A stretch of DNA of 64,000 bases from Hemiscyllium ocellatum (taxonomy: Eukaryota): assembly GCF_020745735.1 (NCBI RefSeq), contig NC_083417.1, positions 55,924,001 to 55,988,000 on the forward strand, written 5' to 3'. The notes beneath the pieces are model-generated. The model saw nothing but the letters and a program-made list of their open reading frames with translations. It searched no databases and had not been told where the DNA came from. Shown here piece by piece: positions 13,121 to 25,330 of this stretch; positions within the stretch are counted from its first letter, which is position 1, and the number at the start of each line of letters is the position of its first letter. The position numbers were made by a program, and so were the translations under genes.

Positions 13121-13300
13121 CTGTGTGCACAAACATTGCCAGCTGGTCTCCACCCTCCAGGTATGCCTGCTCTTTAAACTCCACACGGAGGCGGAATTCC
13201 TGTCCCCTCCGGACTAGGAGCCTGTCCTTCTCAATCTCGATGGTGTGATGCTCGGTGTTGTTGGTCTCACACTGCATGTCCACCGCCCCCAAGTACATGT
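13121..13300 (-). CDS. Transglutaminase coding exon 2
   Basis: DMYLGAVDMQCETNNTEHHTIEIEKDRLLVRRGQEF...FVHTG; ttgcag/gtttgt; 180 nt; N-terminal beta-sandwich LxVRRGQ motif. Confidence 0.95.
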
Positions 13301-13495
13301 CTGCAATCGGAAAATAGCCAATGCTTTCATTTATATCTAGCTACAGGCATGTGGACATTGCCACCCCATGTAAGTCTTATTCTTTGCTTTAGAAAGAATT
13401 GTTGCCAATTTTAAATCAACTATTATTAAATCGATTTACAAATGATATATTTAGGCACATTTAATTTTATTCTAGGCGTGGTAATTAAGTCTTAC

Positions 13496-13508
13496 CGTTT
13501 GTTGCCAT
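13496..13508 (-). CDS. Transglutaminase first coding micro-exon (ATG GCA ACA AAC G)
   Basis: ATG followed by strong donor G|gtaaga; phase 1 matches exon 2; short first coding exon as in TGM2-type genes. Confidence 0.8.
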
Positions 13509-14212
13509 ATTTGAGCTGCCTTCACTGTACAGAAATGAAGATCTGCTCTTGCTGTTCCAGTCTGCTGTTCGCGTGGCAAAACGCTATAGATTGATGTCCA
13601 TTAACATCATATGTTCAATCTCCATGCGTTAAACTTGGATCTCCAGTTCCAACGTCGTCAGAATATATATCCATCAGTTCCACTGGTACCAAAGGAGCTA
13701 CAGCAAACACGAACTACCTGATTGGCTAACACAGGAATTCCCACAGGAGCAAGAAAAAAGCCAGGCAATTTCACTCCTCCCCAGCTCCATTCAAAGTCAA
13801 CACTGGGAGCCAGTAATATTAGGATAAAGCAGCATGCAGAAAGATAGCATTGAGCTACACACACAGACACAGAGGAGTGTTGATGGGCTGGGGGATGTTT
13901 ACACTCCAGCTATGCTAGGAAACTGACTGAACCACTCTCCCACTTACTACAGGAATAGCTGCACTGTGCTCTACAGGCTGTTCGCCTGGCCATACAAACA
14001 TGAACTGCCCCCGCAGGACCATCAACTCGGTGAAAGATGCCCTTTGAAGTGCCCGAAACTTGGCCTTCCAGTGTGAAGAGTTGACTTCAGCCTGGCACAT
14101 TCCAAGGTCCCGCATGCTGAGGGAATAAAATACTAAAACTTGGGACAGCTGCCACCAAGGCACAGTGGGGAAAGACCACTGTCTGAGGTCTTTCAGCCTA
14201 AGTATAAAGAGG

Positions 14213-14396
14213 AGAAAGTGAGGTCTGCAGATGCTGGAGATCAGAGCTGAAAATGTGTTGCTGGAAAAGCGCAGCAGGTCAGGCAGCATCCAAGGAACAG
14301 GAAATTCCTGATGAAGGGTTTATGCCCGAAACGTCGAATTTCCTGTTCCTTGGATGCTGCCTGACCTGCTGCGCTTTTCCAGCAACACATTTTCAG
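14213..14396. mobile_element. Palindromic Penelope terminal-repeat mini-element
   Basis: Perfect 63-bp inverted arms 14245-14307 and 14336-14398; 15-bp TSD ctaagtataaagagg at 14198-14212 and 14397-14411. Confidence 0.92.
14301..14342 (+). ncRNA. Minimal type I hammerhead ribozyme motif (predicted cleavage after 14335)
   Basis: gaaattc-CTGATGA-A-GGGT-TTAT-GCCC-GAAAC-GTC-gaatttc: all conserved core nucleotides present, palindromic ACGU stem III. Confidence 0.8.
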
Positions 14397-17300
14397 CTAA
14401 GTATAAAGAGGGCCCATTCAGTGGTCAGATTCTCTCATTGTCTCAAAATAAATAGGGTTTCTTGCATAAGTTGAAAATGTCTTTGGTTTTACAACTGCAG
14501 AGAAGCTGTGGGAAATGTTTTGCTAATTTCTCTCAAAGATTGTATAGAATTGATTTAGAACATTGAAATGTACTTGTAGGTGATTTTTAAAAATTATATA
14601 TTTTTGACAATGGAAAACCACTCACCCTCACCTGAAACAGACATTGCCAGATGGAAAAAGAGATTAACTCCTTATCCTGACACATTGTCCATTAAATCAC
14701 ATAGGATTCACAATGAGCCAAGAGTAAATAAATGTCAGCTTCATACTGGGCAACATTTCAACTGTGGTCAACAAATCTCCCCAGTGGATAGTGTTGTTGT
14801 GGGGGTTAAGGAGGGGAATGCTGAAAGGACATAAAATAGCCAGTCTCGCTTTTGACTTTTCACTGCAGTGGGAAATCAGAACAATGACTTAACTGTGTTT
14901 ACATTGAAACCACTTCACTGCAACTGTGAAGCTGATGGGTGGATACACCCTAACTGTACACAGCTTGACGAATCTGAGCGACACCACAGGAAGGAATGAG
15001 TAGCTGTAGATTGCTCAGACTATCGATCTGGAATTGCTACACTGCTCGGATAGCAGGATTGTCTCTATGGGTCTGAAATGTTGTTAGCCTTTTCGGGAAT
15101 AAAAAGTCATTCAGTCTTTCATTCCGGTAAATTGACTGCAGAAACAGAGAGATGAGAAATATCCCAGCCAGCCAATAATGCTGCTTTAAAAATCTCTGCT
15201 CTCACTCTTATCATTCAAAGAGAGTAAAAATTAAAACACACTTGACTTTGCGACATTATTCTCAGTATGCTTGACTTTATTAGTTCCAGTTCACACTCTT
15301 GATCATCTCATATTTTCAAAGCGGCCAAATGGATAATAAATAACATTTTGGAAATGGAAGACACAGTTCTGTTTGGTAGAATAAAATTTATTAATCTTTA
15401 AACAAACAAAAAATTCCACAGGATAATATGACCATAAAGTACAAAAGTTCTATTGGTAAGTTGTGGCTTGCTGTTACATTTTACAGTGTAGCACCAACTC
15501 TGTACATCTAATCAAATCCAACATTGTCTTTCTAAACAAACATACTAAAATGTTGGAATTTTGTTATGCCTGAATGTTAGATTAGATCTACATAATTTGC
15601 TTTCAATATGGTGCACAAAAAGATGGTGTAATGTCATTTTGATTTGGGATTGATTGGAAGCAACACAATGAGTAAGGTTCCTTTAAAGACATAAAGTATC
15701 GCTTCCAAAATGTAAATAAATTGCTTCTGATGAAAGGTTCAATCTCCAAAGTATTTGATCATCTTTTCATTTCACTCCACGTGTTGTAGATTTTCAGCAT
15801 TTTGTTTTATCTTAAGTTTACATAATTCCTGGTTTCTCTTTTTTTCCATTAAGTTTACCCCCACCCACGTCAACCCTCCTTCAGTTCATTAAGCTGTTGA
15901 GAACCAATAAACATCTTTGTACTCAATTCAAGGCTGCAACTTGAATTTGGCTAAGTATTCAATTTTGTAGCACTAATTTCTTACTCTCACTGGCATAATA
16001 CAAATTATTGAATAATTCAAGTTTTGAATATTAAAAAAAATCAAGTGATCAGGATTAGATTTATTTCTGATATGTTACAGAAAAGAAACGTAAACTCTTT
16101 TACACTCTCTACATAGATACTGCCTAAGTTGCTGAGTGATTTTTTTCCCAGCAATTTCTGTTTGCGTCTCAGATTTTCAGCATCCACAGTATTATTTTTC
16201 AATTAAATCTTTTAAAATGTCATTTTCTACAGCTTGGCCTGGATGCCAAGAACTTTTCATTGGATTTAAAACATTCAATCTGGTAATTCTACTTAGAATG
16301 TCAGAGACTTACTGCTGTTTATTACAGGAGAGAACTGCAAACTCCAAATGGTGTCAAAGTAGATAAGCATTTGGTACCCTAAATTAAACAGATTTACCTA
16401 TGACCAACTAAAGTGGAAATCACTTTTCCTCCACAGCCTACCTTTCTTAAAAAATGAGTGGCATGACAAAAGTCCTCCAAAGCTGCCACATAAATTCAGC
16501 ATTAACAGTTTTTAACTTGCAGGAAGTGTGGATGTATTGCAAATATAATTAAATTGCAAGGCATTGCTCTGAGAGTTACACATGTTCAGAGGTATCAAGT
16601 CAAATCAAAAGTATTTAAAATTACATCGAAAAGAACAGTATTTACATATCCACTTCCAAACAAGGCAGTAGTTAACATTGCACTATTTTCAGGAATTCAA
16701 AGCATTACCTGTAATTTAGGACATTAATAAACTGTAATTACAGAGATTTATCAAATTACAAATTTAAACAAAAAAAGTACAAAAATCAGGCAACAAAATG
16801 ATTTTTATATAATTTGCAATGTGATAGAAGTCAGCAAAGTGAGTATAAAAAAAATGATATGCATGTTAGGGACACATTTTTGAAATGGGCATTGAACACC
16901 GTGCATTTATCTTTGATGTGGAGATGCTGGTGTTGGACTGGTGTGGACAAAGTTCAATATTTATCTTTGAATAGTGCCATGGATTGGATCCAGCATCTGG
17001 CACATACTGTCTTGCTGTGAATTGTTGCAGGCGGATAAAGAGTGCAAAGTAATTCACAGTCCTACTCAATCAATCCCCAGCTCATCATTAGAGATCAGGA
17101 GCTGTCAATCTAAAACAAGTAGCCCATACGTCACCATACGTCACCCAGACTAAAAGGGCATAAATGTAAATATGATTATTAGTCCAATTCCCACATTGTA
17201 ACAACAATGCTATAAGGCAATCTTAGTTACAATTGTACGGTTGGAAAAATGTGTATAGATCTGCTTAAAGGTAATTAACTCAGGTGATTTATTAATTATT

Positions 17301-17404
17301 ATACATGCAGATTACCTACTTATTCTTCAAATTCAATACCTAAAATACGCCTGGGTGAAACATTCACTGCTCATGAAAGGAGGGTCTGCAACATAAGGAC
17401 CAGT

Positions 17405-17595
17405 TCATCTGATCTTAAAAATGATTTCTGTTATTTCTGCTCTGCTTCCAAGTCTCATTGGAATTCCGTAGTAAATTGTCCCAGGAGTTACATACACTAA
17501 ATTGTTCTCACCAGCTTTGTAAAGACCTTCAAAATATGGATTCAAAAAATAAGCAGCTATTGCCAGTGGAAAAATCTGCCCAGCATGAGTATGAC
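17405..17595 (-). CDS. TMPPE: TMPPE coding exon 5 (last)
   Basis: [11 protein letters not shown]...[20 protein letters not shown]-stop; caacag acceptor; metallophosphoesterase GHxH motif. Confidence 0.95.
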
Positions 17596-18042
17596 CTGTT
17601 GAAAGGAAGAGTAAGAATGACTTAGATATTACATTTCTATTAATAATTCTAACCAAGATGTTATGAATTAGAATAACACAATCCAGTAGTGAAATATATG
17701 CCCACTCTCCCAACAATGCCCAAGATCTTACACAGCCTTGTGGATCAATATGTTTCAGCAAGCTCAAGGGACTGAATGCTCTTATTTTCTATGTTTTCTT
17801 GGAAAGAAAACGCCATAGTAGCCAATTACATCTATGCTTACTGTGCTAGCATGCATTTCATTGCATGAAATCATTCCATTATTTCGTATGTGAGGGAGCA
17901 GAACTCAGGATGCATATACACACATATTAGATTATTTAAACAGAAATGTTTTTACATTACAGATGTCTTCAATTTCAAAATATACTTCATTGGATTTAAA
18001 GATGTCCTAATATTATGAAAGAAGTGATATAAAATGCAGTGG

Positions 18043-19142
18043 TGGGGAGGCGATGTTCCAATGGTATTATTGCAAGATTATTGATCTAGAAACTCAGCGA
18101 ATGTTCTGGGGAGCCGGGTTTGAATCCCATGGTAGAATTTAAATTCAATTTTTAAAAAAGTTTCTGGCATTAATAGCCTAACGATGACATGAAATTATGG
18201 TTGATTGTCAGGAAAACCCCATCTGGTTCACTCATGTCCATTAGGGAAGGAAATAGAACGTAGAACATTACAGCGCAGTACAGTTCCTTCGGCCCTTGAT
18301 GTTGCACTGACCTCTGGAACCAATCTGAAGCCCAACTATCCTACATTATTCCATTATCATCCATATGTTTATCCAATGACCATTTAAATGTCCTTAAAGT
18401 TGGCAAGTCTACTACTGTTGCAGGCAGTGCATTCCAAGCCCCCACCACTCTGAGTAAAGAAACTACCTCTGATATCTGTCATATATCTATCATCCCTCAA
18501 TTTAAAGCTATGCTCCCTCGTGCTAGCCATCATGACCATTGGAAAAAGGCTCTCACTGTCCACCCTATCTAACTCTCTGATTATCTTATATGTCTCAATT
18601 AAGTCATCTCCCAACATCCTTCTAACAAAAACAGCTTCAAGTCCCTCAGCCTTTCCTCATAAAACCTTCCCTCCATAGCAGTCAACATCCTAGTAAATCT
18701 CCTCTGAACCCTTTCCAAAGCTTCCATAACCTTCCGATAATGACCAGACTTTATGCAATTCTCCAAGTGCAGCCGCAGCAGAGTTTTGTACAGCTGCAAC
18801 ATGACCTCATGGCCCCGAACCTCAATCCTTTGACCAATAAAAATTAATACACTATATGCCTTCTTAACAACCCTATCAACCTAGGTGGCAACTTTCATGG
18901 ATCCATTTAGATGGACACAGAGATCTCTTTGCTCATCTACACTAACAAGAATCTTACCATTAGTCCAGTACTCTTTATTTCTGTTCCTGTTAAATCTACC
19001 ATCCTCACCTGGTCTGGCTTACAGGTTACTCCACATCAACAGCAATATGGTTGACTCTTAATTACCCCCTGGGCAATTAGGGATGGGCAATAAATGCTGG
19101 CCTCACCAGTGACACCCTTACCTCATGAGTGAATAAAAAAAA
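18043..19142 (+). mobile_element. tRNA-derived SINE split by a CR1 insertion (SINE parts ~18043-18253 and ~18992-19142)
   Basis: B-box-like gggtttgaatccc; body resumes across the insertion (...agggaaggaaat | ctaccatcctcacctggtctggc...); tail gggcaattagggatgggcaataaatgctggcc plus poly-A, a tail also seen on a LINE end at ~10375-10435. Confidence 0.7.
18254..18990 (-). mobile_element. CR1 LINE 3' fragment
   Basis: ORFs LERVQRRFTRML and DLIETYKII...FFTQ. Confidence 0.85.
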
Positions 19143-19979
19143 CAAGCTCTTTAAGTTAAAAGCAACAATTAAATGAATGATCTAGTCAATATAATAAATT
19201 CGATGTCAATCAAGCCAGTGGGTCAGGAGGCAGAAAAGTAATAAAACACTGCTTTCCCAATCAGGAAGAAAACAATGATCCTTTAACTACAGAGATTCCT
19301 GTTTGCCCATGACAAACGTTTAATCAGGAGTATTTGCAGAATTAACAAGATTGTATTTAGCCCCATTTCAAAACAGCTACTTTTCTGTGGTTTCCTCCTT
19401 TATATAAGATGACTTTGAACATAATTCCCTGCTGCAAATGCAGGATCAAGTAGTTTGTACAAATTTTAAACACAGGTTTCTTTTGTATGTAGTTGTATAT
19501 TCCCATACATTATTAACTCAATTGAGCACTAAAACAAAGAGTGTTCAATGAAGCCTTCTGTGGCAAACAAACTTTCACAAACGCTTTAATCACAGAAAGA
19601 AAGCAAACGCATTCGTGTACCCTGATAAGATCTCTAGATTGAAGAAAATTGTCAAAAGATTGTCTCAGAACCTCTGCAATGTCACAAATTAGTACAATTT
19701 TCCTTATCTTTATTTTCTGTTCCAATATTTTTCCCTTACTTTCTTTTGATCTGAAGACAAGTACTTATTCTAGACTGTAGTTTCCACAGTATGAGTAGTC
19801 TTGAGTGGCTTAATCACAGATGAAACTTGAAGGCAAGGGAACATTGCAGTGGAACCTATACCTGACCTGACGTGATAAAGAGGTAGTATTCATAGGATAA
19901 TAAACAGGAACAGGCTGATTTGTGCATTCCATTCCACCAACCACCTTACCTTGGAATGATAAGATTTTGGAACTCACCT

Positions 19980-20782
19980 GGTTAAGATCAGTTATCTCAC
20001 CACACACCAGGCATTAGGCCTTGACTCCTCAGGCCCTAGCAGTTCATTAATACGTTATACAGAGCATTTATTTATTTCAGCTAAACAACTGACTTTATAA
20101 TTGGTGTTTGCAAAAACTATAGAAATGAGAAAGAGTTTGGAGAAATTAGAAAGAGCTTAGAGAGGAAAAGAGAGAGAGCCAGGGGGAGTATTTGGTTCTT
20201 TACCAGCTCAGGAGGAGTCTCTCTGTTCTCTGCAGTCAAAACACACAAACCTGAAGAAAATGTTGATCTTACTAGTAATAGTTATTGGAAGCACTAACTT
20301 TGAACTGGAAAGACAGATAATTTTAATCAGTAAACCAGCCACCTTGTGTCTCTTACCAACTTGTGGAAACATCTGGAGAAAGATAGTTGAAGCAATGTGT
20401 AGGCCAACAGAAATTCCTTAAAGATCTTCTCAACAACAGAACCTGGGAACAAAGACTATGGAACTGTCTTTCCAGGTTTTCCCCTCTGTTCATAATTTAT
20501 CTCACCCTGCCTCTCTGCCTGTGTATTTGTAACGGTGCATTTATAAGGGGATTAGAACTTAGTAGCATTGTATGCTGATGGTTTATTACTGTTTACCTGT
20601 AACTAGAGTTTAACTATTTGAAATAAATATTGAATCTTGTTCAGTACAGAAACTTGGACCATGCTGTCTATCAATCTGGATCTGAAAGATAGGTAAATTG
20701 GGGTACATTTATAAAATCTTTTGTGATGGCTTCAGGAATAGTGGGGTTCAATTCCAAGCATACTACCCCAGTTAGGGGTAAC
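19980..20782. mobile_element. Possible solo LTR
   Basis: LTR-like composition with internal AATAAA and terminal ...taaca; no second copy in the window. Confidence 0.3.
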
Positions 20783-21499
20783 ATCAGTTTCTCCATCTTC
20801 ATAATTTCTGTTCTAATGGTCCTTTTGTATCCAACAGCATCTCCAGTCCAAGAAAGTAGTCCTGGGCTCTGCCCTCAAACTTTTTCTATTTCATTTCTAT
20901 AGATACAAAGCATGCAAGGCTAGCATTCCTTTGATATTAACTTCCTCCTTGTATAAAGTGACTATTCAAGTCAGCAGTACAAATCTGGAAATCCCTGTGA
21001 AAAAAAGGCACAGCAAAGAACAGCCCTTAAACCAAAAGTACTACATTTTCCTGAGGAACTGTACAAAGGAACAGCTCAAATGCACAGTCCAGTTTCCAAG
21101 TTAGCAATCTTTTATAATAGAAGGGACAAGTGATTCATTAAATAACAGTTTTTAGTTGCGCAGATTATATAGCAACATTGGAAATATAACTACAGCCTTT
21201 AATACAGGCTGGATCGATAGAAAAGAAAGCAATTTTTCAACACATGTTTAACTTAATAGTCACTTATGTCTGACTGCTGACAACTATAGAAAAGCAGCTA
21301 TGTCAGTATGTATGAAATTAGTGTGAGGAACAGATCGTTAAATCAATGCCATATACCCAGCAGTATGTAATCTGCATTGCTTCAATCATATTTCAGTATA
21401 AAAAATATTCGAACCTTATTAAATATTGCTATTAAACACCATTTGGGCTGTCAGACAATAAAGTAACATCCTATATTTCTCTTTGATCTGCATTTCCAC

Positions 21500-22300
21500 C
21501 TTCCTCCTCTGAATCCCCCATTCCTGTTTGAGTTTGAATACCTGATTAGAAGGTTTGGGACAATTCAGGGTGTAGAGGTACTCTGAATTGTACTTGAACA
21601 TCGATGTGGTGAACAATTGATGAACAATTCTGGAGTTCATTCGCCTTTGTAAACCTCTATTTCTCTTTGATTCTCAAAATTATCAAGAACATTTCTGCTC
21701 TCATTTCTAGTAGTATAAAAGGAGAACTGTAACGGTTGCCCGAGACCTGTACCTGGATGGCCTCACCAATTTTTTAATATCATGTCCTCCACTTCTGTCA
21801 GATTGCCGATTACCCTCTTTATTGCTATCAATGCTGCTGGAAAGGATAGGCATATTTTCAGAGCTTCCCACATTCATTCTTGTGGTGCACATTCTGCAAA
21901 TTTAACTCCAGTCAAAACTAGAATTGGGTCTATATTTGATACTTTGACCCAGTTTAATAACTTAAATGTCAATACAGATTGAGACATTTTCGAATGGGGT
22001 CTTGCGTACAACCTGCTGAATTCCATTAGAGTCTTCCATGGTGTTGTTCTCGGTCTTTCTAAATTTGTCAAAATCTGTCCATACCTCATAAGCAGTCAAT
22101 AAATCATATTATTAATACATTTTTTCCACAAATGTTGACCATCTGCCCAAACCTACATCTCTCTGACTCTGTGACTGTATATATATATATCATCAGCCTC
22201 CACTTCGAAAACGTTGCTTCAGATCTCAGTTCTGTATGACAATGAAATTGCTACGGCCGTACCTAGTTTCCTCTTTGCTAAAGAAATACCACCTAGTAAT
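21500..22300 (-). mobile_element. Highly decayed Ty1/copia-type gag remnant
   Basis: Minus-strand fragments YEVWTDFDKFRK..TMED, QSVLTFKLL..D..LVLTGV and a decayed Zn-knuckle (FKYNSEYLYTLNCPK) resemble copia gag; recognised from memory only. Confidence 0.45.
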
Positions 22301-22761
22301 TTCATTGTTTCATAGTAAAGGTCCACCTAGTAATTTCATTGTTTCATTAATCATGAAGCTAATTTTTCAGAAAATAAGGGTGACTAATCATGCCCCTGAA
22401 ACTGTATATTTTGACACCACCCATCCTCATCAGTGTTATACTCCAAAACATAAATGTATTTAAATAGAGTTCAAGGCCACACTTTTTAGTGAGTGCTCTA
22501 TTTCAGTTAACCACACCCCATGAACCTCACATCCTACTAATTCACATCCAATGAACTCCATCTATCAATCCACTATTCCCACAGTCTATTCGTTCTCAGG
22601 TATTCATTCAAACCATGTTTGACGATAACATGTCAGACACAAATCCATTTGAAACGCTCAGTCAGTTACTTGGTTGGCCATTGAACAAATCTTGGCTTAA
22701 AACATGTTAGTATCAAAATGAGAGATAAGTATGCATACAAATATTGCCTAAATAATGATTT

Positions 22762-25120
22762 CTAGATAGAGTCATAGAGATGTACAGCATGGAAACAGAC
22801 CCTTCGGTCCAAACCTTCCATGCAAACCAGATATCCCAACCCAATCTGGTCCCACCTGCCAGCGCCCGGCCCATATCCCTCCAAACCCTTCCTATTCATA
22901 TACCCATCCAAATGCCTCTTAAATGTTGCAATTGTACCAGCCTCCACCACTTCCTCTGGCAGCTCATTCCATACACGTACCATCCTCTGTGTGAAAAAGT
23001 TGCCCCTTAGGTCTCTTTTATATCTTTCCCCTCTCACCCTAAAACTATGGCATCTACTTCTGGACTCCCCGACCCCAGGGAAAAGACTTTGTCTATTTTT
23101 CCTATCAATGCCCCTCATAATTTTGTAAACCTCTATAAGGTCACCCCTCAGCCTCCGATGCTCCAGGGTAAACAGCCCCAGCCTGTTCAGCCTCTCCCTG
23201 TAGCTCAGATCCTCCAACCCTGGCAACATCCTTGTAAATCTTTTCTGAACCCTTTCCAAGTTTCACAACATCTTTCCGATAGGAAGGAGACCAGAATTGC
23301 ACGTAATATTCCAACAGTGGCCTAACCAATGTCCTGTACAGCCGCAACATGACCTCCCAACTCTTGTACTCAATACTCTGAGCAATAAAGGAAAGCATAC
23401 CAAACGCCTTCTTCACTATCCTATCTACCTGTGACTCCACTTTCAAGGAGCTATGAACCCGCACTCCAAGGTCTCTTTGTTCAGCAACACTCCCTAGGAC
23501 ATTAACATTAAGTGTATAAGTCCTGCTAAGGTTTGCTTTCCCAAAATGCAGCAATTCGCATTTATCTGAATTAAACTCCATCTGCCACTTCTCAGCCCAT
23601 TGGCCCATCTGGTCCAGATCCTGTTGTAATCTGAGGTAACCCTCTTAGCTGTCCACTACACCTCCAAGTTTGGTGTCATCTGCAAACTTACTAACTGTAC
23701 CTCTTATGCTCGCATCCAAATGTAAATGACAAAAAGTAGAGGACCCAGCACCGATCCTTGTGGCACTCCACTGGTCACAGGCCTCCAGTCTGAAAAACAA
23801 CCCTCCACCACCGCCCTCTGTCTTCTACCTTTGAGCCAGTTCTATCCAAATGGCTACTTCTCCCTGTATTCTGTGAGACCTAACCTTGCGAATCAGTCTC
23901 CCGTGGGGAACCTTGTTGAACGCCTTACTGAAGTCCATATAGATCACATTTACAGCTCTGCCCTCATCAATCTTCTTTGTTACTTCTTCAAAAAACTCAA
24001 TCAACTTTGTGAGACATGATTTCCCACGAAAAAGTAATGTTGACTATCCCGAATCAGTCCTTGCCTTTCCAAATACAAGTACATCCTGTCCCTCTGAATT
24101 GCCTCCAACAACTTTCCCACCACTGAGGTCAGGCTCACCGGCCTATAGTTCCCTGGCTTGTCTTTACCGCCCTTCTTAAACAGTGGCACCACGTTTGCCA
24201 AACTCCAGTCATCGGCACCTCACCTGTGATTATACAAATATCTCAGCAAGAGGCCCAGCAATCACTTCTTTAGCTTCCCACAGAGTTCTCGGATCAGGTC
24301 CTGGGGATTTATCCACCTTTAACTGTTTCAAGACATCCAGCACTTCCTCCTCTGTAATCTGGACATTTTGCAAGATGTCACCATCTATTTCCCTACATAC
24401 TATATCTTCCATATCCTTTTCCACAGTAAATACTGATGCAAAATATTCATTTAGTACCTCCCCCATTTTCTGTGGCTCCACACAAAGGCCGCCTTGCTGA
24501 TCTTTGAGGGGCCCTATTCTCTCCCTAGTTACTCTTTTGTCCTTAATATATTTGTAAAAACCCTTTGGATTCTCCTTAATTCTATTTGCCAAAGCTATCT
24601 CATGTCCCCGTTTTGCCCTCCTGATTTCCCTCTTAAGTATACTCCTACTTTCTTAATGATCTTCTAAGGATTCACTCGATCTATCCTGTCTGTACCTGAC
24701 ATATGCTTCCTTCTTTTTCTCAACCAAACCCTTAATTTCTTTAGTCATCCAGCATTCCCTATACCTACCAGCCTTCCCTTTCACCCTGATAGGAAAATAC
24801 TTTCTCTGGATTCTTGTTATCTCATTTCTGAAGGCTTCCCATTTTCCAGACGTCCTTTTACCTGCAAACATCTGCCTTCAATCAGTTTTCGAAAGTTCTT
24901 GCCTAACGCCATCAAAATTGGCCTTCCTCCAATTTAGAACTTCAACTTTTAGATCTGGTCTATCCTTTTCCATCACTATTTTAAAACGAATAGAGTTATG
25001 GTCGCTGGCCCAAAAGTGCTCCCCCACTGACACCTCAGTCACCTGCCCTGCCTTATTTCCCAAGAGTAGGTCAAGTTTTGCACCTTTTCTAGTAGGTACA
25101 TCACATACTGAATAAGAAAA
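22762..25120 (-). mobile_element. CR1 LINE, 5'-truncated (RT region to 3' end)
   Basis: PGNYRPVSLTSVVGKLLE, WAEKWQMEFNSDKC, RRLRGDLIEVYKIM; ctatgactct 3' tail. Confidence 0.92.
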
Positions 25121-25129
25121 TGTCCAAAA

Positions 25130-25330
25130 ATGTGCAGGTTAGGTGGAATGGCCATGCTAAATTGTCCCATAGTGTCCAGGGATATGCAGGCTAGGTGGAT
25201 TAGCCATGGAAAATGTAGGGTTATAGGGATAAGTTAAGTGGTGGGTCAGGGTGGGATGCTCTTCAGAGAGTTGGTGTGGATTCGATGGGCCGAATGGTCT
25301 GCTTCCAGACTGTAGCGATTCTATCATTCC
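25130..25330 (+). mobile_element. HE1/V-SINE-like fragment (core plus CR1-derived tail)
   Basis: aggtggaatggccatgctaaattg core; tail gggccgaatggtctgcttcc; matches copies at 30945 and 39506. Confidence 0.7.

Larger units (their letters stand above)
13975..14600 (+). mobile_element. L1/Tx1-like 3' fragment interrupted by a hammerhead mini-element
   Basis: Similar to 6170-6637 (ggaccatcaactc...gaaaga, cacagtgggg.aagaccactgtctg). Confidence 0.55.

Noticed and set aside
22289-22347. 25-bp direct repeat ccacctagtaatttcattgtttcat x2
   Set aside because: Simple local duplication within decayed repeat sequence; no further structure
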